DNA of 61,158 bases, the filler included. It is 5 parts of 5 records of this genome, joined end to end, with 100 filler letters (N's around TTAATTAATTAA, not from the genome) between each part and the next. Parts side by side here need not be neighbours in the genome. Positions count along the whole stretch, not along the records: positions 1 to 18,888 come from SRR31156797_27660; 4 more parts are not named here. One strand, given 5' to 3'. A program made the position numbers and the translations under genes. The notes below the pieces were generated by a model, which ran no database searches, was not told where the DNA came from, and was given only the letters and a program-made list of their open reading frames with translations. This document shows positions 8,805 to 17,512 of the stretch, piece by piece. Each line of letters opens with the position of its first letter. Position 1 is the stretch's first letter.

Positions 8805-10445
8805 ATGAAACAATTGCCTCTGTTTGAAAATAATAATCTTTACGTCTTTGAAGGGCCAGATGGTGTTGGCAAGTCAACCTTATGTGAGATGATTACCAGC
8901 TATTTGAGCTCTCTTGGTATCGCCAATACAGTGATTTCTTTTCCTGGGCAGGAGCGAGGAAGTCTTGGTAAAGTTGTTCATGATATTCACCATGAACAAC
9001 TCACAACTTTGACTGAAGACATCCACCCTGCGAGTTTACAAATTCTTCATCTTGCTTCGCACATAGATCAATTGGAACAATACATAAGGCCAGCTCTTGA
9101 GAAAGGGATGATAGTCTTGCTTGATCGTTATTGGTGGTCTCTCTATGCATACGGAATGGTAAATAAAGTTTCGAAAGATCTGCTTCATTCTTTGATTACA
9201 ATTGAGAAAAAATTCTGGGGTTCAACAAAGCCCAAAAAGATTTTTTATATTACAAAAGAGGATATTCTCAAAAATTCAAAACTAGCGATTGACCTTGATC
9301 AAAAATATAAAGAGCTGATTAAAAAAAGTTCCGATGAGGTGAAGCTTATAGAGAACAATTCTACGATTAAAGAAGCCTTTGAGGCTGTTGTTTCTGGGAT
9401 TGCTATAGGTAAAAAAAATGATCAGTGTAGGGCTGGACGATCATATTCAAACGCAAAGATTATTCCCCCTTCAAGATTAAAAGATAGTCTTAATCCGACA
9501 GTTGTCTATGACACTTACTGGAAGTTCGCGGTCAAAAGACAAGAAATATTTTTCCGTAGGCAAAATGAAAGAAGAGGGCCTTGGACTACTGATGAAATTC
9601 TTTTAAAACATAAGTTTACCAACGCTTACCGTGCTTCTGATAGAGTCAGCCAGTATTTAATCAAGAATGTTATTTACTCAGGCTCTCAGAGCCCAAAGGA
9701 GCTTTTTTTTAGGGTATTACTTTTCAAATTTTTCAATAAGATTGAAACGTGGGAGCTTTTAAAATCTAAGTTTGAGGAACTTACATATTCTGATTTTTCG
9801 TTTGCGGCCTATGATGAGGTACTAACTAAGGCAATTTCTCAAGGAAGGAGGATTTATTCTGCTGCTTATATCATGCCCTCTGGAGGAAGGAATTCCCCTT
9901 ATAAAAAAAAGCATAGAATGCATTTGGACCTCTTGCAGCGAATGGTAAAAGAAGACTTACCCGGAAAAATTGTGGATTCTCCTTCAATGGAAAGCGCATT
10001 TAAGTTGATCCGTAATTATCCTTCAATTGGAGATTTTCTCGCTTATCAGTATGTTACAGATATAAATTACAGCACACTAACCGATTTTTCAGAAGAAGAG
10101 TTCGTAATTCCCGGTCCTGGAGCTAAAAGCGGTATAAAAAAATGTTTTCGCCCTACAAAGAAAATATCAGATGCTGACATAATTAGACTGGTTATGGATG
10201 AACAAGAAAACGAGTTTGAAAGACTGGGGCTGGATTTTAAAGACTTGTGGGGAAGAAGTCTTAAGTTAATTGATTGCCAGAACCTTTTTTGTGAGACTGA
10301 CAAGTATGCCCGAATAGCTCACCCTGAAGTCGAAGGTGTTTCTAATCGAACAAGAATTAAACAAAAATTTACCCCCTCACCTAAAGGGATAATATATTGG
10401 TTTCCGCCAAAATGGGGATTGAATGACAAAATCTCAAACGATTAA
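8805..10445 (+). CDS. Thymidylate kinase fused to a 5-hmdU DNA kinase helical domain (aGPT-Pplase1-like)
   Basis: P-loop FEGPDGVGKST and LLDRYWWS; then YWKFAVKRQEIFFRR..PWTTDEIL..KFTNAYRASDRVSQYL, IGDFLAYQ, PGPGA, QNLFCETDKY. Confidence 0.85.
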   Translation: MKQLPLFENNNLYVFEGPDGVGKSTLCEMITSYLSSLGIANTVISFPGQERGSLGKVVHDIHHEQLTTLTEDIHPASLQILHLASHIDQLEQYIRPALEKGMIVLLDRYWWSLYAYGMVNKVSKDLLHSLITIEKKFWGSTKPKKIFYITKEDILKNSKLAIDLDQKYKELIKKSSDEVKLIENNSTIKEAFEAVVSGIAIGKKNDQCRAGRSYSNAKIIPPSRLKDSLNPTVVYDTYWKFAVKRQEIFFRRQNERRGPWTTDEILLKHKFTNAYRASDRVSQYLIKNVIYSGSQSPKELFFRVLLFKFFNKIETWELLKSKFEELTYSDFSFAAYDEVLTKAISQGRRIYSAAYIMPSGGRNSPYKKKHRMHLDLLQRMVKEDLPGKIVDSPSMESAFKLIRNYPSIGDFLAYQYVTDINYSTLTDFSEEEFVIPGPGAKSGIKKCFRPTKKISDADIIRLVMDEQENEFERLGLDFKDLWGRSLKLIDCQNLFCETDKYARIAHPEVEGVSNRTRIKQKFTPSPKGIIYWFPPKWGLNDKISND

Positions 10446-11454
10446 TGTTCCAACTCAGCTTTTTTATGGAACTGGGGCTAACGATGTATGGCTTAAGGCG
10501 ATGGTTCATTTTGAGAAATCAAATGATTCTAGGTCGCATGATAGCCGTTTAGGAAAAATCGTAGAATCCCTTCATGCTAATTTTAATATTGCTGATCCGA
10601 GGCAAAGGTGGGTTTTGTCTCGTCGTCCCGCAATCAGTCCTGCTTTTGCGATTGCTGAGATTGTATGGATTCTTTCTGGAAGTAATGACGCAGAGTTTCT
10701 TAATTTTTGGAATCCAGCTTTACCTAAATTTATGGGGTACGATAAATATTACCATGGGGCATATGGGTATAGGATTAGAAATCAGTTTGTTTTTGATCAG
10801 CTGGAGCGTGCTTATCAGACTTTGAAGAAAAACCCAGCAACTCGGCAAGTTGTTATTCAAATATGGAACTCTGAAAAGGATTTTCCTGATGTCGACGGTT
10901 CTCCTATGTCGGCTGATATTCCCTGTAATATTTGTTCAATGCCAAAAGTTCGGGATGGAAGATTAGAGTGGCTTCAGGTTATGCGCAGCAATGATCTGTA
11001 CCGAGGCACGCCGTACAATGTCATTCAGTTTACAACGATCCAGGAAGTTTTAGCAGGATGGCTCGGTCTTGAGTTGGGGGCATATCATCAAATAAGTGAT
11101 AGCCTTCATATTTACTGTTCTGATCTTGATGAGCTCACTTATTGCGACTCCTTCATACCCTGCAGTACGGATTCTCTTTCGTTGCCAAAAGATAAGTTTG
11201 ATATAGTTTTTAAACAATTGCATGCTTCTGTGAGGAAACTAGCTTCGAAAGAACTGACAGTGAATTCATTTAAATCCATTTGTTCAAAAATTGATTTGCC
11301 GATAGCTTATATGAATTTGTTTTATATTTGTGCTGCTGATGCAGCTAGACGTCATAAATGGTTCGAAGAGATGGACCAAGTCGCTGAAAAGTGTACCAAT
11401 AGACTACTAACTATGGCTTGGGATAATTGGAAAAATAGGTGGAAAAATCGATAG
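10423..11454 (+). CDS. Divergent thymidylate synthase homologue, probable dUMP hydroxymethyl/methyltransferase
   Basis: GAYGYR, DIPC (catalytic Cys), MRSND..GTPYN, SLHIY; overlaps the upstream gene. Confidence 0.85.
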   Translation: MTKSQTINVPTQLFYGTGANDVWLKAMVHFEKSNDSRSHDSRLGKIVESLHANFNIADPRQRWVLSRRPAISPAFAIAEIVWILSGSNDAEFLNFWNPALPKFMGYDKYYHGAYGYRIRNQFVFDQLERAYQTLKKNPATRQVVIQIWNSEKDFPDVDGSPMSADIPCNICSMPKVRDGRLEWLQVMRSNDLYRGTPYNVIQFTTIQEVLAGWLGLELGAYHQISDSLHIYCSDLDELTYCDSFIPCSTDSLSLPKDKFDIVFKQLHASVRKLASKELTVNSFKSICSKIDLPIAYMNLFYICAADAARRHKWFEEMDQVAEKCTNRLLTMAWDNWKNRWKNR

Positions 11455-11564
11455 ATCGTGTGTTTGTAGTTTTTTGTATTATCCTCGACTAGACGCGGTT
11501 GTCTTTGCGGTGTAATAATGGTGCCGCTTGAAAGTATTTACAACCACTTAAGTCGGGGGATTGT

Positions 11565-12032
11565 ATGGCTGAAAAGAACGCCTTTATAAGTCATTACAGC
11601 AAGGATGACGAGCATATTCAAAAATTAAAAGGCTTGTTAGGTGGAAAGGATTACACTTTAAAGAATAGCTCCATAGACAGCACAAAGCCTAATGCTGCAA
11701 AGAATGAAGATTATATTAAATCAATGTTGAGAGACCGGATTCGGTGGGCTAGTACGGTTGTTGTTTTAGTCGGCCCCAGAACACATACTCGCGATTGGGT
11801 GAATTGGGAAATAGATCAAGCTCAAAAAATGGGTAAACGGATAGTTGGGGTCTATATAAACGGCGCAAGCGGAGAAAATATTCCCGAAAAATTGAAAGAA
11901 TATGGGAATGCCCTTGTCGGCTGGACTGCTGATAATATAATTGGGGCCATAGAAGGCACTATAAATACATTTATAAATCCCGATGGAAGTGATTGGAAAA
12001 GTCCATACACTATTGGTAGGGAGACTTGCTGA
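11565..12032 (+). CDS. TIR domain protein (DUF1863/ThsB-like)
   Basis: NAFISH, STVVVLVGPRT, WVNWEI (catalytic Glu), KRIVGV. Confidence 0.85.
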   Translation: MAEKNAFISHYSKDDEHIQKLKGLLGGKDYTLKNSSIDSTKPNAAKNEDYIKSMLRDRIRWASTVVVLVGPRTHTRDWVNWEIDQAQKMGKRIVGVYINGASGENIPEKLKEYGNALVGWTADNIIGAIEGTINTFINPDGSDWKSPYTIGRETC

Positions 12033-12640
12033 TGCAGGGGTTCTCATACGTCATACCAAGAGATTACGGCTTTGCTCCAAATCCTTTCGGATGGTGTTGT
12101 TCTTTAGCAACATGTAAGCCTAATATTCGCAGAGGGGCTAGTGTAGGGGATTGGGTGATTGCTCTAGGCTCTGCTAAGCATAATCTTCAAGGCTCGCTTG
12201 TTTGTTTGATGAAAGTTTCTGAGAAAATAACTTTTGATGCTTATTGGAGTGATCCAAGATTTCAATATAAAAAGGCAAATATGGATGGAAGCCTTATCCA
12301 GGCTTGGGGAGATAATATTTATCACCAAGAGAATGGAGCCTGGGTTCAGGAGAACTCACATCATAGTTTGGAAAATGGTCAAGTTAACGAACATAATCTG
12401 AATAGGGACACAGGTGTTGATGCCGTGCTTCTTTCAGATTATTTTTTTTATTTTGGCGGAAACGCTAAATTTTTGCCCACGGAGATCTTCAATAAAATTA
12501 AAATTGTGAGAGGCTTTAAAAGGATTTCAGAAGAAGACGTGAATGAACTAGTGACGTTTATTGAAAATGAGTTTGAAGCCGGGTTGGTTGGAAATCCTTT
12601 ACAATTCAATAGTTTTGAGCGCTACGATGGTGTTTCATAG
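12032..12640 (+). CDS. Nucleotide modification associated domain 2 (Nmad2) protein
   Basis: FSYVIPRDYGFAPNPF..SLATCKPNIRR..GDWV, GDNIY; TGATG coupling to the TIR gene. Confidence 0.8.
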   Translation: MQGFSYVIPRDYGFAPNPFGWCCSLATCKPNIRRGASVGDWVIALGSAKHNLQGSLVCLMKVSEKITFDAYWSDPRFQYKKANMDGSLIQAWGDNIYHQENGAWVQENSHHSLENGQVNEHNLNRDTGVDAVLLSDYFFYFGGNAKFLPTEIFNKIKIVRGFKRISEEDVNELVTFIENEFEAGLVGNPLQFNSFERYDGVS

Positions 12641-12670
12641 ATATTCCCAGTTTGATTAGGAGAATTCATT

Positions 12671-13969
12671 TTGCCCTATTCTCGAATTTGTTTTGTGGTG
12701 ATGCCTTTTGGAGAAAAAGAAGTCGACGGAAAGCTTATTGATTTCGAGGCTATTTATTCGGATATCTTTTTGCCAGCCATTCAGGCTGTAGAACTACCAG
12801 AAGGTGGAAGACTTGCCCCCCGTAGAGCCGATACGGACTTCTTCGCAGGAATAATCTCGCAAGGTATGTTTGAATATATTGAATATTCTCGACTTGTTTT
12901 TACTGATTTGACGGGTTTAAATCCAAATGTCCTTTATGAGTTAGGGCATAGGCATAGAGCTAGACAAGCCGGAACAGTTATCTTTAGGCAGTCTGAGTCA
13001 CCTATTCCCTTTGATCTGAATCAAGTACGCTTTTTCCCTTACGAATTTGAACCAGCTGAACAGGCCGAAGAATCTCGGAAGCTCATAACTAAGGTTATCT
13101 CTGAGACATTGAAGCGCAACAGGCTGGATAGCCCTATTCAGCAAATTTTACAGCTTCAGGAAGATGGGGATCGTTCTACAGACGAGTTACGCCGTAAGGC
13201 TGAGGAGGCTTTGTTGAATCAAGATCCTCATACAGCGGTGACACATCTAAAGGAGGCTGTGAGTGTGTCTCCTCAAAACGCAAAGCTACAGCTAGAACTT
13301 GGGCTAATGTACCGTGAATTAAGCCAGTGGGAGGATGCCCTCAACTGTTTTAAAAAATCAACCGAAGCTTGTGGTGATTATTCAGAGGCATGGCGAGAAA
13401 GAGGGATCGCTGAGAATAAATTGTTTTGCAAAAATGAATCTGAGGATTTGGCTGTTAGTGGAGAATCATCACTTCGTCATGCGCTGAAGCTCGACCCTAT
13501 GGATTTTGACGCCCTTTCTTCTCTTGGCGGAGTATTGAAAAGGGCAAACCAATTAGAAGAGGCATTTCAATGTTATTTTGATGCAGCAGAAATATCTAAG
13601 GGTAATTCATATCCGCTGCTGAATGCATTGAAAATTAAGGGTAAATTGTTAGGTACAATGGCTCTTAGCCCTAAGGATGAATTTTTGCTGCAAAGAGCAA
13701 GTAAAAGCTTGAGTGTTCAGGTCTCTAATGACCAGCCATACAATGTGCCGTGGTCTTTTTTTGATCTTGCTGAGGTCTGCTGCTTTCTTGGAGATAAAGA
13801 AGGCGCGCTTAAAGCTGTAAATGACGGACTTCTTGTTGCTGAAGGCTGGCAGGTTAAAACTTTTTTTGAATCATTGAGTTTGTTGTCGGGCGTAGCTGGT
13901 GAGTTTGAAGTTTTCCCTGAATTGTTGAAACGAGTAAAAGATTCAATGGAGTTTTTGCTAGATGAGTAG
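12671..13969 (+). CDS. NDT/deoxyribohydrolase-like domain plus TPR repeats
   Basis: CFVVMPFG..DLTGLNPNVLYELGHRH..PIPFD followed by TPRs (LELGLMY, AWRERGIA, ALSSLGGVLKR); AGGAG RBS, TTG start. Confidence 0.8.
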   Translation: MPYSRICFVVMPFGEKEVDGKLIDFEAIYSDIFLPAIQAVELPEGGRLAPRRADTDFFAGIISQGMFEYIEYSRLVFTDLTGLNPNVLYELGHRHRARQAGTVIFRQSESPIPFDLNQVRFFPYEFEPAEQAEESRKLITKVISETLKRNRLDSPIQQILQLQEDGDRSTDELRRKAEEALLNQDPHTAVTHLKEAVSVSPQNAKLQLELGLMYRELSQWEDALNCFKKSTEACGDYSEAWRERGIAENKLFCKNESEDLAVSGESSLRHALKLDPMDFDALSSLGGVLKRANQLEEAFQCYFDAAEISKGNSYPLLNALKIKGKLLGTMALSPKDEFLLQRASKSLSVQVSNDQPYNVPWSFFDLAEVCCFLGDKEGALKAVNDGLLVAEGWQVKTFFESLSLLSGVAGEFEVFPELLKRVKDSMEFLLDE

Positions 13970-15308
13970 TGAATATCTATTGGAAGTTAGAGATAATAAT
14001 GCTGACGCGGCAATCGTTTTTCTTCATGGGTTTTCAGGCAACTTAAGAGCAACTTGGAAGGACTTTTATGGCTACGTAATTAATGATCCTCTTTTTAATG
14101 GTTGGGATATCTATTCTTTAGGATATCCTAGCAGTATTCCGCCCGGTATCCCTGGTGTACGTAATGATCCGCCGATCAATTTGATTTCAAAATTTATTGC
14201 GGCACAAATCACCCATTTAGATTTAGCTAAATACAAAGTGCTAAAAATTGTTGCCCATAGTATGGGGGGACTTGTTGCCCAAAGTATCTGTGCAAATTCA
14301 TTAGAGGTTGCGGAAAAAGTTGCTGGAATAATTCACTACGGAACGCCCAGTAATGGACTAAAGAAAGCAAAATTATTTGGTTTTTTGAATCCTCAAATCC
14401 GCGATATGAAATGGAAAAGCCCATTTATTATGTCACTGCGTGACGAGTGGGATAAGTTGCAGACTAGCAGCCATAGGTTAAATTTTTTATCCGTAGCAGG
14501 AATGAGTGATGATTTCGTGCCTGAGCACTCTTCACTTGCTCCTTTTCCTAAAGAAAATCATTTTGTTATTCCCGGCGATCACTTGGAGATAGTACGGCCA
14601 CAATCAAGTAGTTCTTATCCAATAGAAGCATTTAAAGTTCATTTTTTGGGTGGAGGCTATTCTGTCAGTCCTTCACTGTCCGCCGCCCAAGCAGTAGAAC
14701 GGAAAGAGTTTGAAAAGGCCATTGAACTATATCGCTCCTGTTATGCTGATCTGGATAATGAAGCCTTTGGCTTATATGCGCTTGCATTGGATTCATTGGG
14801 TTTTGCCGAAAAGGCCATTAAAGCTTTGGAGGAGAGCCATGAGAGGGGGACTGACTTCCGTGGTATTCTTGCTGGTAGATACAAACGAAGGTGGCGAAAT
14901 TCAGGCAGAAGCATGAAAGATGCTGATCGTGCTTGTGAGCTTTACTTGGATGCTTATAAAGAGTCTGAAAGCAATGGAGATAATGCGCAATGCTATTACC
15001 ATGCTATAAATTTAGCATTTATGGAGTTTGCCTATAGAAAGGATAATCCTCAAGTCGCCAGATGGGCAAAGCAGGCGATGGAGCATACTAAGAAAGATCC
15101 TCACTCGCCTTGGTCCCAAGCTACATGTGCTGAAGCTTTAATATATATGGGTGATATTAAAGAGGGGCTTGGAGTATATGACAAAGCATTTCATGATGTC
15201 CGTTTTGGACCACGAGAATTGACATCCATGCTTTGGCAGTTGTCAGAAATTAACGAGTTGATGCGAAATGAAGATGTTGAAAGGTGGATAGCTTCGGTTA
15301 CAAGTTAA
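13962..15308 (+). CDS. Alpha/beta hydrolase (lipase/esterase-like) with C-terminal TPR-like sensor domain
   Basis: VFLHGF, AHSMGG nucleophile elbow, GTPSNG, DDFV, GDH; helical C-half GILAGRYKRRW, YYHAINLAF, WSQATCAEA. Confidence 0.85.
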   Translation: MSSEYLLEVRDNNADAAIVFLHGFSGNLRATWKDFYGYVINDPLFNGWDIYSLGYPSSIPPGIPGVRNDPPINLISKFIAAQITHLDLAKYKVLKIVAHSMGGLVAQSICANSLEVAEKVAGIIHYGTPSNGLKKAKLFGFLNPQIRDMKWKSPFIMSLRDEWDKLQTSSHRLNFLSVAGMSDDFVPEHSSLAPFPKENHFVIPGDHLEIVRPQSSSSYPIEAFKVHFLGGGYSVSPSLSAAQAVERKEFEKAIELYRSCYADLDNEAFGLYALALDSLGFAEKAIKALEESHERGTDFRGILAGRYKRRWRNSGRSMKDADRACELYLDAYKESESNGDNAQCYYHAINLAFMEFAYRKDNPQVARWAKQAMEHTKKDPHSPWSQATCAEALIYMGDIKEGLGVYDKAFHDVRFGPRELTSMLWQLSEINELMRNEDVERWIASVTS

Positions 15309-15324
15309 TTTAAGTTAAATGTAT

Positions 15325-15365
15325 AAAAACGCCACACATCAATGATGTTGATGTGTGGCGTTTTT
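15325..15365. terminator. Bidirectional intrinsic terminator
   Basis: AAAAACGCCACACATCAA-TGATG-TTGATGTGTGGCGTTTTT perfect 18-bp stem between convergent genes. Confidence 0.9.
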
Positions 15366-15373
15366 GATGTGGC

Positions 15374-15883
15374 TTAGTAGAGGCGTTTGCCGGGGAAGTC
15401 TTCTTTTCGAGCTAAGTTATACAGTCCCAAAAATTCTTGACCAACAAAGCTGCTATATTGATCTTCTACAATAGGTAATATTTTGACTGACTGGTTACCT
15501 TTATTTCCGTGAAAATATCCCAGTTCCCAAGGCATCCATTTTGAAGACGAGGAAGTTGTGGAAGTTGCGAAAATCAATTGAGTAGATTCATCCATCCTTT
15601 TTCGTAACAAATCGGCAGTTGCTGATGTGACAGAACTGCGATCAAGATGGATATCGACAATCCAGTCTACATAGACAGAATAGCCTTTGTTTACGAGATA
15701 ACCATGAAGACTGCGAACATACTGTCTGTCGTTGTAGCTATGTGAAATAAAAAAATCAAAAGAGCGATATGACTGTGTTGATGCATGTATTGATTCATAT
15801 ATGGGCTCACTTCGCATGGCGGTTTTGCTCAGTTGAGAATATGTCGAATATTCGTTCAGTTCGGACTTAGTAAAAAAAGCCAT
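15374..15883 (-). CDS. Stand-alone TIR domain protein
   Basis: FDFFISHS, GYSVYVDW, SKWMPWELG (catalytic Glu); AAGGAG RBS. Confidence 0.85.
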   Translation of the reverse strand: MAFFTKSELNEYSTYSQLSKTAMRSEPIYESIHASTQSYRSFDFFISHSYNDRQYVRSLHGYLVNKGYSVYVDWIVDIHLDRSSVTSATADLLRKRMDESTQLIFATSTTSSSSKWMPWELGYFHGNKGNQSVKILPIVEDQYSSFVGQEFLGLYNLARKEDFPGKRLY

Positions 15884-16193
15884 TGTGTCTCCTTTGGTAT
15901 TTGCTGGTGAGTACTGTTGTTATCGTTGTTCTGGGAAGGTAGCTGTTTTAAGTCTTAATTATTAGATGAAAATTATGCCTCACGGTAATTGATACTCCTA
16001 CCCTACAAGAGTATTCTTAGACAATTCTACCGACGAGTGTCACTATTAGTTTGTGAAAGCTGAAATTGTCTTTTTAAGTACACTGAATTTGTATGCTACA
16101 CATGGGTGCGGGAATAAAATTTTGCAATCAATTTTGAGGTGAGCGATATAATGAGGAATTTGGAGATTTTGGATTATTAATGCTGTTTATGGT

Positions 16194-16865
16194 TTATTGA
16201 GTACAGCAATAGTGAATAGCCATAGTTAAGAATAATATGCCACAGAAATAGATAGTTTTTTGAAACGAGTTTTTGAAAAAACTATTTATGTAAGAGAAAT
16301 GCTGATTTATGCAGTAGAAAAAATACTGAGGAATAATAATAATTAATATTAAAAAAGCCGTTATTCCTATAGTCTTGTATGCAGTGTCTCCCGTCCATGT
16401 GTCGTTAAGCCTAGAGAGAAATATCACCGAAGAGATAAAGGCGTAAGGAATTGTTAATAAAATCATATTGCCTAAAATCAATCGGTATATATTAGGTTTT
16501 TGTTGATTTCCTAGAAGTTTTAAAATGGCTAAAGTGTATATGTAGTAGGGTAGGGTTGTTGCCAGACATAATAGTGTAATTGCAATGCAGCGTGCAATAT
16601 ATTCAATCTTATCCGTGAAGCCTATTAGAATTGGTATTTTATCTTCTAGCAAAGCTAGGCTTGGAATGTTTATGTAATCTTCAATTGAATAAGAAGTAAG
16701 GGCGGCTGTAATTGATAATATTAAAAAGTATCTTGTTGTGAAATAACCAAGAGTTTCTTTGTGTGTTGGATGGTATGCATCGAAGTTTGCAAGAATTCCT
16801 AGTACGTTTTTTTTGAGTCCTTCGAGACGTTCAATGTATGTTTGTATCTGAAATGACTGATTCAT
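16194..16865 (-). CDS. Hypothetical multi-pass membrane protein
   Basis: AT-rich 223-codon ORF with four to five hydrophobic stretches, just downstream of higA. Confidence 0.55.
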   Translation of the reverse strand: MNQSFQIQTYIERLEGLKKNVLGILANFDAYHPTHKETLGYFTTRYFLILSITAALTSYSIEDYINIPSLALLEDKIPILIGFTDKIEYIARCIAITLLCLATTLPYYIYTLAILKLLGNQQKPNIYRLILGNMILLTIPYAFISSVIFLSRLNDTWTGDTAYKTIGITAFLILIIIIPQYFFYCINQHFSYINSFFKNSFQKTIYFCGILFLTMAIHYCCTQ

Positions 16866-16876
16866 AGCGACCTTGA

Positions 16877-17176
16877 CTACCTAAGCGAACACCCACGCCC
16901 CACAGGAGTAACCCCAGATAAATCAATCTGACTGCGAACCTTGCCAAGGTCATAGTTGGCCTGCATAGCCAGCCAGCTTTCAGGGGTACGTCCGAGGACC
17001 TTTGATAGGCGCAGGGCCATTTCTGGGGATACCGCACTCTTGGCGTTCAGCACACGGGCGAGAGTAGAGGGAGCCACGCCGAGCATCATTGCCAGCTTGC
17101 GGCAACTGAGATTGTATTCTTCCATGTATACGGAGCTGATAAGCTCGCCGGGATGTGGGGGATTATACATAGTCAT
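16877..17176 (-). CDS. higA: HigA family antitoxin
   Basis: PPHPGE, HTH, VSPEMALRLSKVLGRTPESWLAMQANYDL. Confidence 0.92.
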   Translation of the reverse strand: MTMYNPPHPGELISSVYMEEYNLSCRKLAMMLGVAPSTLARVLNAKSAVSPEMALRLSKVLGRTPESWLAMQANYDLGKVRSQIDLSGVTPVGRGCSLR

Positions 17177-17454
17177 TAGTGGTAATCCTCGTAATTTAAA
17201 ATGTAGGCATTCCCGTCGCGGAACTCAAAGGTCAGCCGCCAATTACCGTTAACGGTTATGGACCAGAGGTCCGCACGGCTTCCTTTGAGCTTATGCAGCC
17301 TGAATCCGGGAAGGTTAATGTCTTCCGCTTCCTGAGCCGTATCAATGACTGAAAGTTGGATTCTCAGCCGTTTGGAATGCTTGGCCTGTATCCCGGCAGT
17401 TGAACCGGATCGATAAAATTTTTCCAGACCTTTGTGCTTAAATGTTTTGATCAT
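17176..17454 (-). CDS. higB: HigB (RelE/ParE family) toxin
   Basis: MIKTFKHKGLEKF..LHKLKG..WSITVNGNWRLTFEF..EDYH; toxin-first order, TAATG coupling. Confidence 0.92.
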   Translation of the reverse strand: MIKTFKHKGLEKFYRSGSTAGIQAKHSKRLRIQLSVIDTAQEAEDINLPGFRLHKLKGSRADLWSITVNGNWRLTFEFRDGNAYILNYEDYH

Positions 17455-17470
17455 TGCTCTTCATTTGTAT

Positions 17471-17497
17471 GTTGCGCACTACGCAACGTTTTGTCAA
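17471..17497 (-). promoter_or_regulatory. higBA promoter/operator
   Basis: GTTGCG-N5-CGCAAC palindrome at 17471-17487 next to a minus-strand TTGACA at 17492-17497. Confidence 0.55.
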
Positions 17498-17512
17498 GGA
17501 GCGTTGAGGACA

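Noticed and set aside
8136-10445. Known dCTP-depleting defence (AvcD-type kinase-deaminase)
   Set aside because: That enzyme uses a Zn-dependent HxE/PCxxC deaminase; this is the trimeric dUTPase fold with degenerate catalytic residues
11565-15883. Canonical Thoeris, CBASS or retron call
   Set aside because: No ThsA (SIR2-SLOG or Macro-TM), cyclase or reverse transcriptase motifs are visible
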